From the IMG/VR virus record IMGVR_UViG_3300036768_001066: a stretch of DNA of 64,000 nucleotides. One strand, written 5' to 3'. Both the position numbers and the translations under genes were made by a program. Shown in pieces: positions 61,037 through 64,000 of this stretch. The stretch is from a virus. Lineage: Duplodnaviria; Heunggongvirae; Uroviricota; Caudoviricetes. Under the pieces are notes generated by a model. It ran no database searches. It saw only the letters and a list, made by a program, of their open reading frames with translations, and was not told the DNA's origin. Each line of letters starts with the position of its first letter. Position 1 is the first letter of the stretch.

Positions 61037-61846
61037 ATGATAAACATAAGGGACGTATATACCGAGGATGAGGTGAGGGCATTGTCGCTTGGCGACAGGA
61101 TGAAGTGGTACGAGAAGAACGTTGGCAAGGTGCTCTCGGAAGGTTATCCCGCCATAATAAGAATAGACGGCAAGGCCTTCCATACATACACCAACGGGTT
61201 CGAGAAGCCGTTCGACGAGCACATATCCGGTGCTATGCTTTACACCACTATAAAATTGTGCGAGGAGATACAGAACGTTAAGATTGCGTACATGCAGTCT
61301 GACGAGATTTCCTTGCTGATGACCACGCACCAGAACCCAGAAGCGGAGCACTGGTTCAAGGGCAAGGTCGACAAGATAGTGTCAGTGTCCGCATCGATGG
61401 CATCTGCGCACTTCAACGATTACATGGACAAGATGTACTGGAACCCGCGGATACTTGCCGCCGAGGTGGTAGGTGACGCGCCGAAACGCAAGCTCGCAGT
61501 ATTCGACGCTCGCGCGTGGAGCGTCCCTTTCGACGAAGTCAACAACGTATTCGTGTGGAGGCAGCAGGACGCCATAAGAAACTCGGTTTCGGCGTTGGCA
61601 CAATCCGAATTCTCGCACAAAGAACTCAACAAAAAGAACGTGGAGACCATGAAACAGATGCTCGCGGAAAGGGGTATACTCTGGCACGAACTGCCAGAGG
61701 TTCTGCAACGCGGTCACATAGTGGAGAGAGAGTACTACGAAAAGGACGGGGCGACCAGAAGTCATTGGGTTTCAAGCAAGACGATCCCTATATTTTCCGT
61801 TGATCGTTCCAAGGTATCCAAGTTCGTGGAAGTTACCGCGACCTAA
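61037..61846 (+). CDS. Thg1-like protein (tRNA-His guanylyltransferase / 3'-5' polymerase family)
   Basis: Family hallmarks AIIRIDGKAFHTYT (vs. RxDGRxFHxF) and AYMQSDEISLLM (vs. GQSDEYSF) at the expected spacing. About 270 aa. Confidence 0.75.
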   Translation: MINIRDVYTEDEVRALSLGDRMKWYEKNVGKVLSEGYPAIIRIDGKAFHTYTNGFEKPFDEHISGAMLYTTIKLCEEIQNVKIAYMQSDEISLLMTTHQNPEAEHWFKGKVDKIVSVSASMASAHFNDYMDKMYWNPRILAAEVVGDAPKRKLAVFDARAWSVPFDEVNNVFVWRQQDAIRNSVSALAQSEFSHKELNKKNVETMKQMLAERGILWHELPEVLQRGHIVEREYYEKDGATRSHWVSSKTIPIFSVDRSKVSKFVEVTAT

Positions 61847-61883
61847 GTTTTCGTTAATCAATTTTTATTCGTACCTTTGAACC

Positions 61884-63074
61884 ATGGAGAATAATGATAA
61901 ACCTAAAGTTGCACTGGCCCTAATCATCAACAAGGATGGTCAGGTGCTGGCCGTGTCGAGGAAGAACGACCTGTACGATTTTGGATTTCCTGGAGGGAAG
62001 GCCGAACCGAATGAGACGCCTGAGGACACACTCCGCCGCGAAGTATATGAGGAGACTGGACTCCACGTGGTCAATCCGAGGTACTTGACCGAACAAACCG
62101 ATGAGCACGGGTACGTATGCGGATTGTTTGTCTGCGATTACTACGCACCCAATAACTATTTCGATCCACATTTGTGGCCGACCAAGAACAACGAGACGGG
62201 CCGTGTCAAGTGGATGGATTGGCCAGAGTTCATTAGGATGTCCAAATCTCACCCTGGATACAACAAGGACGCTTATGAATTATATCAAAAATTCATCAAC
62301 GATTCCAAGCTGCAGGCAGGCAACTACTACATTCACAAAAGAACCGGCGAACTCTACCACATTTTACACCGCACGGATAACGATTGGTTGATGGTGATGT
62401 CGAGCTTCACGTCGAGACCGATAACAATGCCGGCGCAATTCATAGAGAATCGCGTCAAGCTCGCACCCCGCGTAATGTTTGAGTACAGCGCTTCGCGTAC
62501 AGCGGACATGGAGGTGAATCCCGAAAAATACCCGGTTGACGAGCGAGCCATGGTGTTTGCCATAGGCGCGCACAACTCAGTACTTCAAGATTATGACGAC
62601 CACATGTATTCAAAACATTTGTTTGATGTGCTGGATGTCTTTGATAAGTTTTCTCATTTGATACCGGTCAAGTACCACAGGTTGGTAAAGGCTGCGTTGT
62701 GGAACCACGATGTAATTGAGGACACCCGCAAAACGTACAACGACGTCAAGAAGCGGTTTGGCGAGTTCGTTGCCGACGGCGCTTACGCCATGAGCAACGA
62801 CAAGGACAAGAACAGACAGCAGAGAGCCGGGAAGAAGTATTACGATGGCCTACTCGAGTTCGAGTTCGGTGAGTTTAAGAAATTGTGCGACCGCATAGCA
62901 AATGTAACTAACGGCTTGAGGAATGGTAAGATGATCGACGGCTACCGCAAGGAGCAGCCAGACTTCAGGAATAAGCTCAGAAGCGGCGACAAGTACAAGG
63001 AGATGTGGGACTATCTCGATAATTTACTCGAAGGAAAAATTCAACCAATCTTAGAATATGAGCAGCATAGTTAA
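61884..63074 (+). CDS. Nudix hydrolase - HD-domain phosphohydrolase fusion protein
   Basis: Perfect Nudix box GKAEPNETPEDTLRREVYEETGL (Gx5Ex7REVxEExGL) at the N-terminus. C-terminal half has H...HD motif KFSHLIPVKYHRLVKAALWNHDVIEDT plus downstream D residues. Confidence 0.7.
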   Translation: MENNDKPKVALALIINKDGQVLAVSRKNDLYDFGFPGGKAEPNETPEDTLRREVYEETGLHVVNPRYLTEQTDEHGYVCGLFVCDYYAPNNYFDPHLWPTKNNETGRVKWMDWPEFIRMSKSHPGYNKDAYELYQKFINDSKLQAGNYYIHKRTGELYHILHRTDNDWLMVMSSFTSRPITMPAQFIENRVKLAPRVMFEYSASRTADMEVNPEKYPVDERAMVFAIGAHNSVLQDYDDHMYSKHLFDVLDVFDKFSHLIPVKYHRLVKAALWNHDVIEDTRKTYNDVKKRFGEFVADGAYAMSNDKDKNRQQRAGKKYYDGLLEFEFGEFKKLCDRIANVTNGLRNGKMIDGYRKEQPDFRNKLRSGDKYKEMWDYLDNLLEGKIQPILEYEQHS

Positions 63075-63735
63075 GAACATAGACAGCATCAACAAGTTGC
63101 TTGCTGATGTATCGTACAAGAACTGGACGTTTAAGGTGCGTGAGGGCTCTGGCGGTTTCATCCTGTCCGTAATCCCTGACATGGGGACGTTGACTGAAGT
63201 CGAGCGAGTGGAACTCAGGTTCAAAAAACCGCTGGCGATAAAGGAGTGGTACATATCCAGGTTCGCCACAGACACCGAGGTTGTACGCACGGCTTACAAG
63301 GCCGTAATGTTCATCGAGATGTTCATAGTCGAACACGCCCAATTCATCGACCTCGATACGTTCACGGAGATGACTTTCGACACGGAGCTCGGTGATAAAG
63401 AGAGGACTGCGATAATGCTCGTGTCATTCAAGTACAAGAACTGGAAGGTCCGTACCGAAGAGCGCGATGGCGGCCTGATGGTGCAAATAATTTTCGAGGC
63501 GGCAGATAACGACAATCCCGAAGTCGTAGAGGAGCAACATTGCCGGAAATTCATATACAACTACGAATCCGGACTGAACGAGCTGTTCCTAACGCTCCAT
63601 TACGCGGTGAAGACCGCAGAGGAACACGAGTGCAACGAACAGTTCACATACAAGGGCAAACAGATATACAACCCGCACATGGACCTCGACGCCATTGTGG
63701 AATTCATTAACACAAACGAGTTCGACCACCGATGA
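63058..63735 (+). CDS. hypothetical protein with internal tandem domain duplication (225 aa)
   Basis: YKNWTFKVREGSGGFILSVIP repeats as YKNWKVRTEERDGGLMVQIIF about 110 aa later. Confidence 0.45.
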   Translation: MSSIVKNIDSINKLLADVSYKNWTFKVREGSGGFILSVIPDMGTLTEVERVELRFKKPLAIKEWYISRFATDTEVVRTAYKAVMFIEMFIVEHAQFIDLDTFTEMTFDTELGDKERTAIMLVSFKYKNWKVRTEERDGGLMVQIIFEAADNDNPEVVEEQHCRKFIYNYESGLNELFLTLHYAVKTAEEHECNEQFTYKGKQIYNPHMDLDAIVEFINTNEFDHR

Positions 63736-64000
63736 ATTTCAAAGAGAAGTTTAAAGACAACTCCTCACACAACGAGGACGGAACCAAGAAGTTCGAGACT
63801 TACGGTTTCAGAGAGCCTGTATCCGCCGTAGAATCATATTCTGCGGATTTCGCCATCTCCTCCGTGCTAACAAAGACGGAAGGCGGCTGGCACGGCAGCT
63901 TCAGTATAAACCTCAACAATCTCAAACTCGACGAAATGACTGTGGAGGAGGCTAAGACAGAGCTTGAGGCGCTTGTCAATCAAACATTAAAGACCCTTAG
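63732..64000 (+). CDS. hypothetical protein, N-terminal part (continues past window end)
   Basis: ATG at 63732 overlaps the upstream TGA (ATGA). The frame is open to the window end. Confidence 0.4.
   Translation, partial: MNFKEKFKDNSSHNEDGTKKFETYGFREPVSAVESYSADFAISSVLTKTEGGWHGSFSINLNNLKLDEMTVEEAKTELEALVNQTLKTL

Noticed and set aside
61860-61883. TACCTTTG box 4 nt before ATG 61884 as a Bacteroidota -7 promoter
   Set aside because: Too close to the start codon. The transcription start would fall inside the ORF unless the real start codon is further downstream. Not called.

Overview
This 64-kb window is gene-dense and appears to come from a large tailed dsDNA phage with a T4-type replication core.

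Genes sit in four strand blocks: minus 1-31589, plus 31683-42458, minus 42448-49997, plus 50138-64000. Many start/stop codons overlap (ATGA, TAATG).

Recognisable modules:
- Recombination and replication core: SbcC/Rad50-like ATPase (gp46-like, 1293-2966), Mre11/SbcD-like nuclease (gp47-like, 2963-4078), DnaB-family helicase (gp41-like, 5717-7021).
- Nucleotide metabolism: class II B12-type ribonucleotide reductase NrdJ with a C-terminal Zn ribbon (35558-38101), PRPP-synthetase homolog (24527-25522), guanylate kinase (50138-50719), two HAD nucleotidase-like enzymes.
- Virion/baseplate-type block (53311-59613) ending in a gp5-like OB-fold spike.
- An ~18-kb carbohydrate-modification island (31.7-50.0 kb). 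It carries at least nine glycosyltransferase domains (GT2, GT9-like, GT25, GT10-like and GT11 fucosyltransferases, CgeB-like), FkbM/class-I methyltransferases, a sulfotransferase-like/peptidoglycan-binding fusion, an ACP-like carrier protein next to an SGNH protein, and an ATP-grasp enzyme. A disrupted GIY-YIG homing endonuclease sits inside it.

Unusual content:
- A tRNA/RNA-end-centred set: a Thg1-like 3'-5' polymerase, a Nudix-HD fusion, and a distant RNA-ligase-like nucleotidyltransferase.
- A hexapeptide (left-handed beta-helix) protein of ~44 repeats encoded by GC-rich 18-bp-periodic DNA.
- An ABC-importer cassette with OmpA-like, TPM/YgcG-like and other envelope proteins.
- Two paralogous lysine-rich proteins.
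- A histone-H1-like small basic protein.
- Several genes broken by short tandem duplications (22 bp, 83 bp) or an A9 homopolymer.
- Structured GC-rich non-coding islands.

No CRISPR array, rRNA or convincing complete tRNA was found. Shine-Dalgarno sequences are generally absent, TAnnTTTG motifs occur, and a histone-H1-like protein is present. These hint at a Bacteroidota host; this is inference only.
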